63,991 bases of DNA, filler included, from Octopus bimaculoides (GCF_001194135.2; 6 parts of 5 records of this genome joined end to end with filler, not necessarily neighbours in it), one strand, 5' to 3'. Shown: positions 24,131 to 38,322, counted from the whole stretch's first letter. The notes: generated by a model not told the origin, from the letters alone. Numbers and translations are program-made.

Positions 24131-24275
24131 TTCTTCCATTTTCCATCTACCAAATCCACTCACAAGACTCTGGTTGACCTGAGACCATAGTAAAAGACAC
24201 TTGCTCAAGGTACCATGCAGTGGGAACCATGTGGTTGGGAAGCAAGCTCCTTACCACACAGTCATGCCTGTGCCT
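24131..24275 (-). mobile_element. SINE family B head abutting the RTE fragment
   Basis: Homology to 14995-15145. Confidence 0.78.
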
Positions 24276-24946
24276 CTCTCTCTCTTTCTCTCTCTCTCTG
24301 TATATATACATATGTACACACAGATATATTCATTTATATTTCTACACTCAATTACTCATTTATACATATACATATAGACACACATACACAGATGCAGATA
24401 TAAACATATATAAAAATATAGCAATATAAATATAAAGAGTATAAATATAATATAAATATTTACATAAAGAAATTAGATAAATAAGTGCATAAAAATATTA
24501 GCAATAAAGGACTACAGAGACTGAGAATTCATGCATTAGACGATCAAATATTTCACTAATGGTTTGATCATAGAAATTGCAAAACATTGCATTAAGAATA
24601 CATAACTAAGGATAATAAACAATATAATGTTACGTGTTAATTGATGGACAGAGAAAAAGATTTGTAGCAGAAGTGGGTGACTTAACAACAAATAGGCATA
24701 GATATGTAAGGTAACGTGAAAGCATAAATTACTGCTTACATTAAATAATATTCAAATGAGACAATTTCACTTAACTAAATTACAAATGATAGATTAAACT
24801 AAATGCTTAGAGGTAAGAGATTTAGTAGTAAGTATTCGAAGCATTTTTAGTTAATGGGTTTAAAGTATTAAAAAAGTGTTTCTAATGTAGTGTAAGCATT
24901 TTGCTCTAATTTCACTAAGATGCTTTGAATATTTTTTATTTTATAC

Positions 24947-25158
24947 GGTGGCAAGCTGGAAGAAATGTTAGCACACTGGGTATTTTGTCTGTCTTCATGT
25001 TCTGAGTTCAAATTCCGCCGAGGTCAACTTTGCCTTTCATCCTTTCGAGGCTGATAAATTAAGTACCAGTTGCATACTGGGGTCGATCTAATTGACTGGC
25101 CTCTCACCCCCATCTCCATAAATTTCAGGCCTTGTGCCTAGAGTAGCAAAGAATATTT
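24947..25158 (+). mobile_element. SINE family A
   Basis: Core gcctttcatcctttcg..gataaattaagtaccag shared with 36437-36667. Confidence 0.82.
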
Positions 25159-25225
25159 ATTATTTTATCTCTTACCTGTAAAAATTTATTCTAACCTATA
25201 ATTTGTAATTTAGTTAAGTAAACTA

Positions 25226-25650
25226 GCTGCAAGTGTGGCTGTGTGGTAAGAAACCTGTTTTCTAACCACATGGTTCCAGGTTCAGTCCCACTGTGTGGCA
25301 TCTTGGGAAAGTATCTTCTACCATAGCCTTGGGCCGACGGTAGCCATGTGAATGTATTTGGTAGACACAAACTGAAAGAAGCCTGATGTATATATACACA
25401 CACACACACACACACAAATGTGTGTGTGTGTGTTTGAGGATGGCTTTGTCTCCCACCACTGCTTAACAACTGGTATTGGTGTATGTCTATGTAACTTAGC
25501 AGTTTGGTGAAAGAGATCAATAAAATAAGAACCACACTTAAAAAATATAAGTACTGGAGTCGATTCATTTAATTAAAAAGAAAAAAATTTGAAAAAATGC
25601 CCCAACATGGCCATAGTCTAATGACTGAAACAGGTAAAAAGATTAAAAGA
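25226..25650 (+). mobile_element. SINE family B
   Basis: Homology to 14995-15370. Confidence 0.82.
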
Positions 25651-25763
25651 CAGAAGAATCATAATGTGTGTATGTGTGTGCATGTACATGTAAATGAATA
25701 TATCTGTATTTGCATACATACATCCATACACACACACATACATACATACAGACATACATACAT

Positions 25764-25805
<42 letters not shown>

Positions 25806-25807
<2 letters not shown>

Positions 25808-27345
25808 GCTAATTTGTCCCTAAAAATTAGATCTAGGTAAAATAAGCAAAAGAATAATCAACATAAGAATACCTCTACTGAAAATGTAATACACATGATA
25901 TTAATGGTCAAACACTTTAGAAGTAATTAATTGGTTTAAAGACTTAAATGATAAGGATGGTATTAAAATTATGCAAATAGATATTTCTAGTTATTACTCA
26001 TCTATTATCCCTTGTCTACTTAAAAAAATATCTCATGTTTTGTTATGAAGAACTCCTGTTGATTGAGAAAAGATGTAGATAGGGTTAGTAGTAGTTAGGA
26101 GAATAATTATTGAATCTGAAGGTAAATATTGGACTAAGAAGAACAGGCCTAACAACTTTGATATAACCATGGGAACAAGTGACTCATTGCAAATTACTCA
26201 TCTTGTGGATATTTATATTCTGTGTTGCATTAAAAGGGAGTTCCCTGAAATGGGGCAGGGCAGTGTATATTGGGATGATGCATTTTTCCCCTTTGGTAAA
26301 TATAGTAACATAAAACTTGAGAGGAATAGGAAAAAAATTAACTGCACAATAAAACTGGTATTGAGGGATTATGTAAGAGAGATATTGTATGGTTTAATCC
26401 TGTTTCAAATTAATGTAGCCTTGAATATCCCTGGAATTTTCTTCAAGGCTTTGGAAAAGTATTTCTCCCACCTCAAGTAAAGTATGCATATTCTTGCATG
26501 CCTAATTTAGCTGATAATATTGCAAATATCAGCAACAGGAAATTAAGCAATATTAGTAATGGGAGTCTACCTTTAATTTTTCATGTAGTAAGTACAATTC
26601 TAGGTATATATAATAGATCACTATCTGGCATAACTAATACTATTACTTTGAGTCCAACAATAATAATAATAATACTAGAGAAATATACAATGTCTCTCCA
26701 GATAATAAATCTGATATGTAATTGTAGGTATCAAAATAAATGACATTTAAATAACCAATGCTTTAGAATTCATTTAGGGTATAAATGTTCTGTTAAAACA
26801 CTTGATAAATTTCAGTATTACATTGGTTCCATGGCATCTAAATTCAAATTTAGATTACATAATCATATTTATTCCTTTAATAACAATTTCATATTTTGGT
26901 ACCAGGCCAGCAAATTTGATGGGTGGGGAAGTTAATCCAGTGCTCAACTAGTACTTATTTTTCAATCCTGAAAGGATGGAAGGAATAATTGACCTTGGGG
27001 GAATTTGAACTCAGAACATAGAGACAGATGAAATGCCACTAAGCATTTTGTCTGGTGTGCTAATGATACTGCCAGCTCATCACCTTATATATTCCTTTAA
27101 CAATAAAAGGAAAACTTTGAGCACTGCACTTACTAAATATATCTGGGATGTCAATGACAAGAATAGTGTTTATTCAGTTTCATTATTATGCATGCTACAC
27201 TTCCATAAAAACAGGATGTGGAAACTGTTATTTTACCTTCTGTGGAAGCAAGTATAGGTCAGGTCCAATTAATAAGTGTAATGAATTATTGATTTGTTGT
27301 TCCCACAAAGTCAATAAAACTTTCTTGAAAATTCTCTCTAAGTAA
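25806..27345 (+). mobile_element. Degenerate PLE of a second clade (RT plus GIY-YIG C-terminus)
   Basis: RLICP, NTLEVINWFK, MQIDISSYYSSI, NNFDITMG..VDIYIL, VYWDD, LERNRKKI, YSCMPN, STALTKYIW, NKCNEL in colinear order. Interrupted by a SINE. Confidence 0.72.
26885..27085 (-). mobile_element. SINE family A nested in the PLE
   Basis: Homology to 33854-34070. Confidence 0.78.
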
Positions 27346-27584
27346 CTTCCCTAATTTTAATAAAATAACACACTTATTCTTTGTATGATACCAGCTTTAT
27401 CACAGATAATTCTATATAAAACGTTCTCAAGATTTTAATATTTCTTGCATAAATTTTTTCCTATGTAGCCCATCTTTTATTTTTTAACAAATGATTTTAT
27501 TAAATTTCAACTCTAATTGATCTAATAGTATTGAACTATAGCCAAGTGAAATTGTAGTCATGGCTGTTGCTATTGTCATGTAAA

Positions 27585-27789
27585 TGGTACCCATGCTGGT
27601 GGCACATAAAAAGCACCCAATTCACTCTCGGAGTGGTTGGTATTAGGAAGGGCATCCAGCCATAGAAACTATGCCAAATCAGACTGGAGTCTGGTGCAGC
27701 CCCCCCCCCCCGGGCTTACCAGTTCCAGTCAAACTGTTTCACCCATGCCAGCATGGAAAACCGACATTAAATAATGATGATGACGATGA
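27585..27789 (+). mobile_element. RTE-type LINE 3' end
   Basis: Homology to 14780-14968 including the TGA tail. Confidence 0.8.
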
Positions 27790-28664
27790 ATTCCTGTGAC
27801 ATTCTTATAGTTCTATTCTGTAACTTTATTCTAATTACTTTTCCTCATTCCTTCAAATTTTATCTATTTCTCAATTTGCTCTTTATATTTTTTCTTCCTC
27901 CAATTGTACAGGAGTAATCTGTTCAAGAATATAGTAGTAAACAGTCACCTGTTTGAACATCTTTGTATATATTAGTTGGCTTATCTCTCCCTGGGTACAA
28001 AAGTATACAATAAATCTTTAAATACTTAAATCCGTCAGATGCTCTGAAGACTTACAAGAGATCTAACGAATGGACCTCAGAAGAAATTGTTTTCATAGTC
28101 CATCTACTTTGGTGTTTTTCTGATAGTGAAACAATCTACTGTTAAATTTGCTACCATGATTTTCTAAGCCCCTCCCATTCTCATTATATCTATTTAACCA
28201 ATTTGGCTAAGTAGATTTGTATTGCGTTTGCACCAAGTTTTATGAGATGGCTGATGGAAAATTTCTTGTAATATTATATAGTTTTATACACACATTTTTT
28301 GTTATATGTATAAACTAACATGTTAATTGATGTAACATTTCCACTAATTATCAAGACGATTGTAACTGATTAATAAATGTAATACTGTAATCTGTATTCC
28401 TTTGTTTGCCAATATTTAGACTCTGCAATGGAGGCAGCAATCTCATAATCAATACGTTTTCCTGAATTTACAGTTCACATGAAATATCTTCTTCTGGATT
28501 CAATGAATACTAATTCTAATTTTCTTTCCTTTATATTCTGTTAGCCTGGTTTTCACATGATTGCAGACTGAAGTACTTGCCTAACTTTCTTAAATTCCTA
28601 TTTTGTTATATGCATACATATATAAAGAGAGAGAGAGAAAGAGAAAGATATATATCGAGACATA

Positions 28665-28695
<31 letters not shown>

Positions 28696-28705
28696 NNNNN
28701 NNNNN

Positions 28706-28743
<38 letters not shown>

Positions 28744-28955
28744 GCACATTTATATACACACACACATGCATTTATATATATGAAAGTGCAAATGTGTATA
28801 AGTGATGTGCATCTGCATGCTTGTTTGTATAAATGAATGCATGTAACAAAGAATAAAAGTACACATATGCATAAATGTGTATATGTGAGTGTGTGTGTAA
28901 GTATGTGCGTGTTTATGTGTGTGTGTGTGTNNNNNNNNNNAAGTATGTGCGTGTT

Positions 28956-28996
<41 letters not shown>

Positions 28997-29019
28997 TGTG
29001 CGTGCTTTGCTGTTGTTCT

Positions 29020-29220
29020 TTAGTCCCAAGTTGACGCTGATCAGGTGGACCAATGGTGAAAGACATTCAAAATTCCAACGCAGAACACTCCTGTCTTTTC
29101 AGTAATAATACTGTATCCCAACCAACATATTGTTAGAAGCATATAGGACATGGTTTGAGGGAGGATTGGGTGCTAATTCAAGCTAACTGTATGGCCACAT
29201 GAAGGCTCTGTCATTAGTTA
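29020..29220 (-). mobile_element. SINE-like family E fragment
   Basis: Degenerate homology to 34320-34510 and 46965-47170. Confidence 0.5.
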
Positions 29221-29508
29221 GTGTATATATGTGTTTTTACATGTGGTTACTAACACTATAAAGCTGTGACTACAGGTTTCTTTCATATAGTTAGTCTTAC
29301 CTGAATGACTGCACTCATTAATGGATGAAAGAAACACACATATTATAATCTATACATCTCTGATTGATTTTATTGAGCAATTTTATGTTATAATATAAGT
29401 GTGTGTAGACACACATTCACACATATATACATGTGCAAATTTATGTGTGTGTGTATATACACACGCACACACACATATATAGATATATATACAGTATTTA
29501 TACATATA

Positions 29509-29544
<36 letters not shown>

Positions 29545-29554
29545 NNNNNNNNNN

Positions 29555-29595
<41 letters not shown>

Positions 29596-29739
29596 AGGTG
29601 CATATATGTGTGTGTGTGTTTGCTTGTGTCTATATGTGTGTGTGCCTGTTTGTTGTCATGAACTGAGTAGTTATTTACAGAAGTCTTTAAAACAGAGACT
29701 GATTCCTAACCAATTACATTTGATGTAGTCGATATTAAG

Positions 29740-29808
<69 letters not shown>

Positions 29809-29900
29809 TCTCCTCCTCGTTCTTGTTATCATTATTATCATCATCATTGTCACCAGCATAGTTTGTCATCATTTTGGAGTTATACAACTGCGGGCTAAAA

Positions 29901-30113
29901 GGGTAAAGACCCCCACTTTGGTCATGAATGACCCTGGGATTGCACCCCAGAATGTTATCCTCCGAGACACAAGTCCGGGCAAGTCTGTTTATGGAAGACC
30001 AGTGATCGCCCATGATTACCAGCCTCCCCTCGCCATGCCACAGATGTTATCCCAGGGAAAGGCAAAGACCAGTACAGCTTGGCATCAGTGACGTCGCAAC
30101 TCATTTCAACAGC
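29901..30113 (-). mobile_element. Interspersed repeat 3' part (SINE-like family C)
   Basis: Single copy here. GC-richer block ending (minus) in ...ggtctttaccc; recognised from recall of octopus repeats only. Confidence 0.5.
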
Positions 30114-31400
30114 CAAAACAACAGCGACAAGAAGAAGAACAACATCAACAACAACAAGCAACCAAACTACCAACTACAATCTCCTCTGAAGTCTCTCTTT
30201 CCCACAAAACTCCTCGCTCTCAACCTCTTTTGCATCTCTCACCACCATCTTGTGACGCTACTTCTCTTTCATCTAATACATGCTCACATGCCATCTATCC
30301 ACCCTACATCTTTTTTCACTCGTTATGATTGCAAGAAGTTATCATTGCACACATCATACAACGTGGGATATAAATGTAATTTCTGATTCAATCTGATCTT
30401 TTGCATTGTTTCTTTTATCTTCACAATTAACTAACTCAGCCAACATACTATATTACTTCTTTGAAATAACTTGCCTGTCTTTTTTTTTTGTTTGTTTTTT
30501 TATTTATTCATGTATCAATGTTTGAGACCCTGCATATGCTTGTGTGTTTGTGTGCATGTGTGAGAATGGATGTATGAATGCATGCATCTGTGTATATACT
30601 TATGAATGTATGCAATTATAATTTTGTGTCCGTATGAAAATGTGTACCACTTATGTGTGCATGTGAGTGTTTATGTATGTGTGTATGTGTGTTTGTGAAT
30701 GAATGCACTTATATTTGTATATGCGTATGAATGTGTGTATATATGTGTGCATGTACATATGTATGTATGAATGTATGTATCAATGCATAAATGTATTTAG
30801 CTGTCTATGTAAGCTTGTATTTATTAATGTTTGTATGTGAATATGAACATATGTATGTATGTATGTATGTATGAAAGTATGTAGCTTTATAGTTATACAT
30901 GCATACATATAAATATGTATGAAAAATGTATATATGCATGTATGCAACTATACATATGTATGTAACTATAAATATATACATGTCTGCCTGTCCATAAGTA
31001 CATATGGATGTAAATATGTATGTATGTGTGTGTGTATGTATGTATGTATGTATGTAGCTATGGATGAATGAATTGTATATTTGTATGCATTTATGTAAGT
31101 ATTATTTATGCATATATACATACATCTCTTTATCTGTTTGCTCATCAATCTTTCTTTCCTTTTTCTCTGTCTCTGTCTGTCTGTCTGTCTGTCTCTCTTT
31201 CTCTCTCTCTCTCTCTATGTCTGTCTTACATCACTTTTCAAGTGAATGGCATCTCTGAAATATTTTAATTTAAAGATTCTTCTTTCCTATACCAATCAAT
31301 GTAGAGAAGGCTACGGCTCACAAATGAGGTCAGAATAACATCAAAACATATCCACTGTTGTCTCCCATACTTGCCCAGGAAATGCAAGTAATCTTTATAT

Positions 31401-31779
31401 TCTTTTATTCTTTTACTTGTTTCAGTCATTTGACTGCAGCCATGCTAAAGCACTGCTTTTAGTTGAGCAAATCGACCCCAGGACTTATTCTATCAGTAGG
31501 TTTTACCGAACTGCTAAGTTATGGGGACAAACACAGACACATGAACATATACACACACACACACACACATATATATATACACACACACACACATATATAT
31601 ATATACATACATATATATGACGGGCTTCTTTCAATTTCTGTCTACCAAATCCACTCACAAGGCTTTGGTCAGTCCGAGGCTATAGTAAAAGACACTTGCC
31701 CAAGGTGCCACGCAGTGGGTCTGAACCCAAAACCATGTAGTTGGTAAGCAAGCTACTTACCACACACCCACTCCTGCGC
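31401..31779 (-). mobile_element. SINE family B, near full length
   Basis: Homology to 14995-15370. Confidence 0.88.
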
Positions 31780-32169
31780 TTATGTTGACTACATAATTAT
31801 TTCTCTGTATTAAATATTTTAACTACTGCTAATTGTCCCCCATTCTTTAAGCATTACATGGTGTCTTCATTGAGTTAAACATTTATAGTGGCTGAGTAAA
31901 AGACTCAGTGGTAGCTGAGTGGTTAGAGTACTGGGTAACTCATCCAATGACCATTTTACTGGTTTCAGTGAAGAAATTCATTCCACATAGTAAAGCTAGT
32001 TCTTCATTCATTTGTTCAAAGAATTATTGCAAACGTCTAAATTTGCATAATTGTCTAAATTTATGATATATCTTAATTAATTGAGAGAAATTGGTGACTT
32101 ATAATTATTATTGATGGTTTGAATATATGAATTTAAATCCTGTTATAATTCATCATCACTGACAATTCC

Positions 32170-32200
<31 letters not shown>

Positions 32201-33095
32201 CATATTTGTCATCATCACCACCAACATCACCATTACCACCACCACTATCACCACCACACCACTACCACCAACAACAACAACATCACCATTACCCCCCCCC
32301 CCNNNNNNNNNNCCCCCCATTGCCATCATCCTCCTCATCATCATCACCATTATTTCTTCCTTGGCCTTCTCCTCCTTGCTCTTCTTTTCCTCCACTTTCT
32401 CATTTTTGTTGTTCTTCTCCTCCTCCCCTCTTCCCCATTCTTGTTCTCCTCCTTGTCTTTGTTCACATTTTCGTCATTCTCATTGTCCTCTACATTCCTC
32501 CTCCTCCTCCTCATCTTCATCATCATCATTTTGCTGTCACTTTTCCCATATGAGCATGTGTTAGGTCATCACAGATCATGTCAGACCTTATTCAGTTAGT
32601 GTCCCCTGATACAAGTCAGAGCTCATGTCTCACTTACACATGCCGTTTTTCATATGACATCTAAAGCAAGACGCTCTTTCTATTGCCAACTATTTTATTG
32701 AGTATACTGAGAGCATTTTATTGTGACACTAAGATCAGGAAGTTGTCTTGTTCGTAACAAGTCTAAAGAGAGCTCTTTTTATTCTATTTAAACGACAATG
32801 ATGAATCAGTGCTCATTCTGAGATCAATAACCTTTCTTTCTCTGTCAACTTGCATGAGGAACAATAATAAAAGTGTTACATATCATCCCATTGATTATTG
32901 TATTTATGTAGCCTTTTCCTCATCATTAAATCTTTCATAGATAAATAACATCTTTAGCTTTGAAGAGCATAACGATAGAACAATGATAAAATGCTTTTTG
33001 TTTTGATTAGGACGTTTGAAATTTTTCAATGTATTTTATTGAGCAATTATAATAAATCTAATGAAACATTCTTTATATACATATATACATATATA

Positions 33096-33135
<40 letters not shown>

Positions 33136-33698
33136 NNNNNNNNNNNNNNNNNNNNNNNNNNNNNNNNNNNNNNNNNNNNNNNNNNNNNNNNNNNNNNNNN
33201 NNNNNNNNNNNNNNNNNNNNNNNNNNNNNNNNNNNNNNNNNNNNNNNNNNNNNNNNNNNNNNNNNNNNNNNNNNNNNNNNNNNNNNNNNNNNNNNNNNNN
33301 NNNNNNNNNNNNNNNNNNNNNNNNNNNNNNNNNNNNNNNNNNNNNNNNNNNNNNNNNNNNNNNNNNNNNNNNNNNNNNNNNNNNNNNNNNNNNNNNNNNN
33401 NNNNNNNNNNNNNNNNNNNNNNNNNNNNNNNNNNNNNNNNNNNNNNNNNNNNNNNNNNNNNNNNNNNNNNNNNNNNNNNNNNNNNNNNNNNNNNNNNNNN
33501 NNNNNNNNNNNNNNNNNNNNNNNNNNNNNNNNNNNNNNNNNNNNNNNNNNNNNNNNNNNNNNNNNNNNNNNNNNNNNGTGTGTGGATGATGGTGTGGGGC
33601 TGGGAAGTGGCCAGTGCTAGTGTGCGTGTGGTGGTGTGTGGTTAGGCTGGGGTGGGGTAGAGGTGAGATATGTGTGTACATATGTGTGTATATGTATG

Positions 33699-33751
<53 letters not shown>

Positions 33752-33853
33752 TATATATATATCATAGTACTGAAGAAAGGTCAGTGTATATATTATTCAA
33801 TCAAGGTATTGTTTACTAGGATTACATTGCTCATAATTAGTAATATGTATTAA

Positions 33854-34070
33854 GGTGGTGTGATGGCAGAATTGTTTGCACGCTGGACAAAATACTTAGC
33901 AGCATTTCACCCGTTGCTACATTCTGAGTCCAAATTCCACGGACGTCGACTTTGCCTTCCATCTTTTTGGGGTCGATGAATCAAGTACCAGTGAAATGCT
34001 GGGTTCGATGTAATCAGCTGTCCCTCTCTCCCAAATTTCAGGCCTTGTGCCTGTAGTAGAAAGGAATAAT
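33854..34070 (+). mobile_element. SINE family A
   Basis: Head, core and tail match 24947-25158. Confidence 0.82.
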
Positions 34071-34319
34071 TAGCGATGTGTATTGCCATTATTATAATTA
34101 TAATCATTATTATTATCATTATTGTTATTATTATTATTACCTTTATCAGTCATCATCATCATTATTATCATCGTTATCATTATTATTGTTGTTGTTTTTA
34201 TTACAATTACTATTATTGATAGTTATTTTTCTTTTTGTGGTTTGTATCAGACTGAAGGAAGTATGTCATGACCTCTGTTGATCATCAGAGACTGATGCTG
34301 TTGACGTTCAGTTTGGACT

Positions 34320-34510
34320 GCTACAAACTGTTGCTTAGACCCAACCCTGATTAAGAAGACCTCTGATGAAAGGTATTCCAACCATAACTTTCTCATCTTA
34401 TTGTAGAGAACACAGAACTATATTCATTAATGTGTCTTTTTTTTTTTAATAGGCATGTGATTTGTGGGGGAGATTTCCTTGTTATTTCTAGCTGGTCAAA
34501 AGACACTACA
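34320..34510 (-). mobile_element. SINE-like family E fragment
   Basis: Homology to the reverse complement of 46965-47170. Confidence 0.5.
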
Positions 34511-34549
34511 TTGTTGGCTTTATACTCAGTGCTTGTAAAAAATCCATAT

Positions 34550-34730
34550 CAGGAAAATTACCCCCAAGGCAATTAAGCCTCCCTAGGACAACTCCCCCCC
34601 TAGGACAACACCCCCCTTGGTTAACTACCCCCTCTCCAATATATTAAGAAGTTTTAAATCATCATCTGTTGTCTTCAGAGGTAATTGTCCTTGGTGGGTT
34701 ATTGTCCATGGGTGGTAAATGTCCTAGACT
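34550..34730. mobile_element. Small MITE-like relic with inverted GGACAA..CCCC motif arrays
   Basis: Left side has repeated ggacaac/aattaccccc motifs; right side has gg..aattgtcc/ttattgtcc/aaatgtcc in inverse orientation. Confidence 0.55.
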
Positions 34731-36220
34731 AAAAAAATCTAAGTGAGATAAGATTTTTAGAGGGTTGACTTGATGGGGAGGAAGGACTAGATTACATGGT
34801 TAGTACAGGACCTGGCACAGAGGGGAGGTAAAGGAATAGAATGAATTAGGAGAAGAGAAGAGAAGATGTGTGATAGGAGAGCTTAAGGGGGATGGTAGAA
34901 GCGTACCATGGTAGGCCATTGTAGTAGCACAAACTGTCAAAAATGGTAGAAGATGTAGAACCTCAGACCAAATGCCTTTCAGTATTTAGCTGCATATCTT
35001 TACCTTCTGGGTTCAAATTCTGCTGAGGTCAGCTTTGTTTTTTTATCATTCAAGTGTAGATAAAATACAATATCAGTTTTGCATTGGTGCTGATCAAATC
35101 ATTTGCCATTTTCCACTAAATTTTGTGGTCTCTGATCTTTGCAAGAAACCATTTTTAATGTAATGTTTTATTTGTTTTGAAAACTGAAATGATGACAATG
35201 ACAACAACAACTATAGCTACAACAATACCTGTTAGTCCAAAATAGCAATTAGCAGAAGACCATTAATTGAGCATAGAGTGATTAATTGACAGAATCATTA
35301 GGGCCTCAGACAATCATTTTGCGGTGACTATTCCAGCTCTTGACATTGTGAAGTCAAATTCCATTGATTTCAACTTTGTTCTTTGTTCCCCCAGGGTTAG
35401 GACTAGATTCAAATAAAGGTACCAGTCAAATACTGGAATAGGTTCTTCCTGCCTGTCTCTCTTTCTATCTCTTTCTTTGTTACTAACTTTTGTTTTCTGT
35501 TTGTCTGTCTCTCTCAGATTGGATAAGTTGTGGTGGGAGAGAGTTGTGACCAAGTATTCAGTGTCTTCTTTCCCCAAGAAATGATGTAAGATTTACTAAA
35601 GACAAGCACCTTCTTTATGGCTGCAAAAACCAACAAAAGGACAATATAACATGGTCGACAGGGATGGGCTGATTTGTTGTAAGGCATGAAATAGTCACAA
35701 AAGAAAACATTTTAGGTGCATGTAAAACTTAATAGTCTGTCTACATTTATTTTTATATTTTGTTTCTCCCGTTTTCTTATATTATATAACTCAAAGTTAA
35801 AATTTAAGATTAATTTTTAATTTCTTTCCTTTATTTTTCTATAGATTTTAACGTGATTACATTAAGATTTAACCCAATCTTTCATCTACAACAGAGATCA
35901 GAAAACTTTTTGGGAGGTGGGCCAGACTAGAAATGCTTTTATGTCTTGCAGACCAAAGCAAATAAAATTTTTTAAAAAAAGCATGATTGCACAAATTATA
36001 TAAAAAGCTTGCTTTTTCTATTTTTAATCTTTTAAATGCCACCTGCCATAATGAAGTTATTGTCACACTTCTAATGATGTAAAAAAAACTGCATGCATCC
36101 ATGAATGGCACAGTGTGTAGTGAAGAGTTAAAACATGTTTCAGTTAGGCTGAATGGAGATGGCTGTAGATTTGAGGTAAATGTGACACCTGCCAGTTTAC
36201 TTGCTTTTTTCAATGGACAA

Positions 36221-36256
<36 letters not shown>

Positions 36257-36436
36257 TTAGCTTGTCACTCCCACTCCTATTGTCAGTTATTCATGTAAAC
36301 TATATTGAGACAGTGTATAAAATACTGTTTAGTGTCTGTTGCTCCATTCAGTTGGGAAAGTGAAAAGATTTATTGTTTAAAATCTCACACCCAGGTAAAC
36401 TTTCATTTTTCAACCAGCTAAAGGAATATCATATAG

Positions 36437-36667
36437 GGCGGCGAGCTGGCAGAATCGTTAGCACGCCGGGCGAAATGCTTAGCAGTATTTTGTCTGCCAT
36501 TATGTTCTGAGTTCAAATTCTGCTGAGGTTGACTTTGCCTTTCATCCTTTTGGGGTCGACTAAATAAGTACCAGTTATGCACTGGGGTCAATGTAATCAA
36601 CTTAATTCCTTTGTCTGTCCTTGTTTGTCCCATCTATGTTTAGCCACCCTGTGGGCAATAAAGAAAT
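36437..36667 (+). mobile_element. SINE family A, best-preserved copy
   Basis: A-box-like TGGCAGAATCG, B-box-like GAGTTCAAATTC, tail ending aataaagaaat; candidate TSD gaatatcatata / gaatatcacatt. Confidence 0.88.
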
Positions 36668-36694
36668 GAATATCACATTTTATGTATCTTTTAT

Positions 36695-37085
36695 TTTTTG
36701 TCTTTTACTTGTTTTAGTCATTAGACTGCTGCCATGCTGGAGCATCACCTTGAAGAATTTTAGTTGAATGAACCAACCCCTGTATTTATATTTTAAGCCT
36801 GGCACCCATTTTACCAGTTTCTTTTACTAAACCACAAAGTTACAGGGATATAAACACACCATCACCAGTGGTCAAGCAGTGGGAGGGGGGGGGGGCAAAT
36901 GGAAAGACACACATAGATATATGCATATATGATGGGCTTCTTTCAGTTTCTGTCTACCAAACACATTCACAAGACTTTCGTCAGTCTGAGGCCATAGTAG
37001 AAGATATTTGCACAAGGTGCCATACAGTGGGACTGAGCCTGGGGCCATGTGGTTGGGAAGCAAACATCTTAACATGCAGCCAAAA
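36695..37085 (-). mobile_element. SINE family B
   Basis: Homology to 14995-15370. Confidence 0.82.
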
Positions 37086-37204
37086 CATTGATTTACTTGA
37101 GGCCAATATTTTATTGACACTGAATTTTATTGTTTACTAACCAAAGATAGATACAGGAAAAAAAGAATTTTGTATGCATTCTCATACATTTAATAAAGGC
37201 AGCA

Positions 37205-37308
37205 AGCCAGATGAAATGAGATTACAGGTCAGATGAAATGAGGCCATAGGCCAGATGAAATGAGTCCATTAGCCAAATGAAATGAGGCTACAGGCCAGAT
37301 GAAATTAA
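37205..37308. repeat. Five ~22-bp tandem units (core CCAGATGAAATGAG)
   Basis: Directly visible. Confidence 0.85.
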
Positions 37309-38289
37309 ACAATAGGATAAGTCTGGCTCATGGTGTATTGTTTGCTGACCCTGAACTATGATGTAGAGATGGAAATATATAAGGCTGATAGCTCATGATT
37401 GTGAGTACATAGTTTTTTAATAGTTTGTCTGAGGAAGAGTGTCATCACAAGATGCAGTCCTTGTAGCTGTGTGGTAGCTTGTTTATCACAACAACCTTGA
37501 GATCTCTGCCAACAGAGCACGAGTTCCTGGTAGGGCTTGTCATACTGGACAGACCGAAAGATAGAGTCCAGTATAATATGAATCACTTCTTCCTATTACA
37601 AATTCTGCTCCTCTCTGTAACTTACTTTTTATCACTATTCTCCCACTGGCTACTAACATGCAAGAATCCAAACAACTGGACATCAGCCACAATAACTTCA
37701 CTTGCTTGATCTTGTTTCTGAGTTAACTCTTTGCTTGTCCTGTGTACCACATGAGACACAGGACATATTTCCCTAGTGTCCAAGCATCACGTATGATATA
37801 TGTTCCCAATTCTTTACAGCTGCCAGAGTAACTAGGGGCTTTTGAAAGGAAAGTTTTTGTATCATTCAGAACATTTGAAACAAGGGCTATTTAAAAGTCT
37901 GAAAAGAAGCACGGATGTGCAATGGCAAGCTTAAGAAAATGCTTTGGTTAACATCTGGGAAGTAAAAGTCTATTGATGAGAACATCTCTTGCCCCTCCTT
38001 CTCTTCTGTGTCTTATTCTTCTTTCTCCTCATCATCTTCCTCTTCCCCTGCCTCCTTTTACTCTTCTTTCTTCTCTTCACTCCCTTCCTCATTCTTAGGC
38101 TAACACATAAACAAATCTTACCACAACATCTGCAAACCACCAATCAGATAGCTTTGCGAGGATGCAAAAGTTTAATTTCTAATATGTCATGATTTACAAC
38201 ATGTGTTAGTCTGCAATAGAAACCAAAGTCTGCAATATCGGAAAGCAAAACAAGAAAAAGAAAGAGAGAGAGAGAGAGAAAGAGAGAGG

Positions 38290-38322
<33 letters not shown>

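Larger units (their letters stand above)
35892..37353. mobile_element. Possible decayed hAT-type non-autonomous element containing nested SINEs
   Basis: Left end cagagatcagaaaactt..gggccaga and right end rc cagggtcagcaaac; 8-bp flanks atctacaa / aactatga match at 5 of 8. Confidence 0.4.

Noticed and set aside
28380-28465. Protein-like minus-strand peptide GKRIDYEIAASIAESKYWQTKEY
   Set aside because: Short, bounded by stops, with no motif I can identify.
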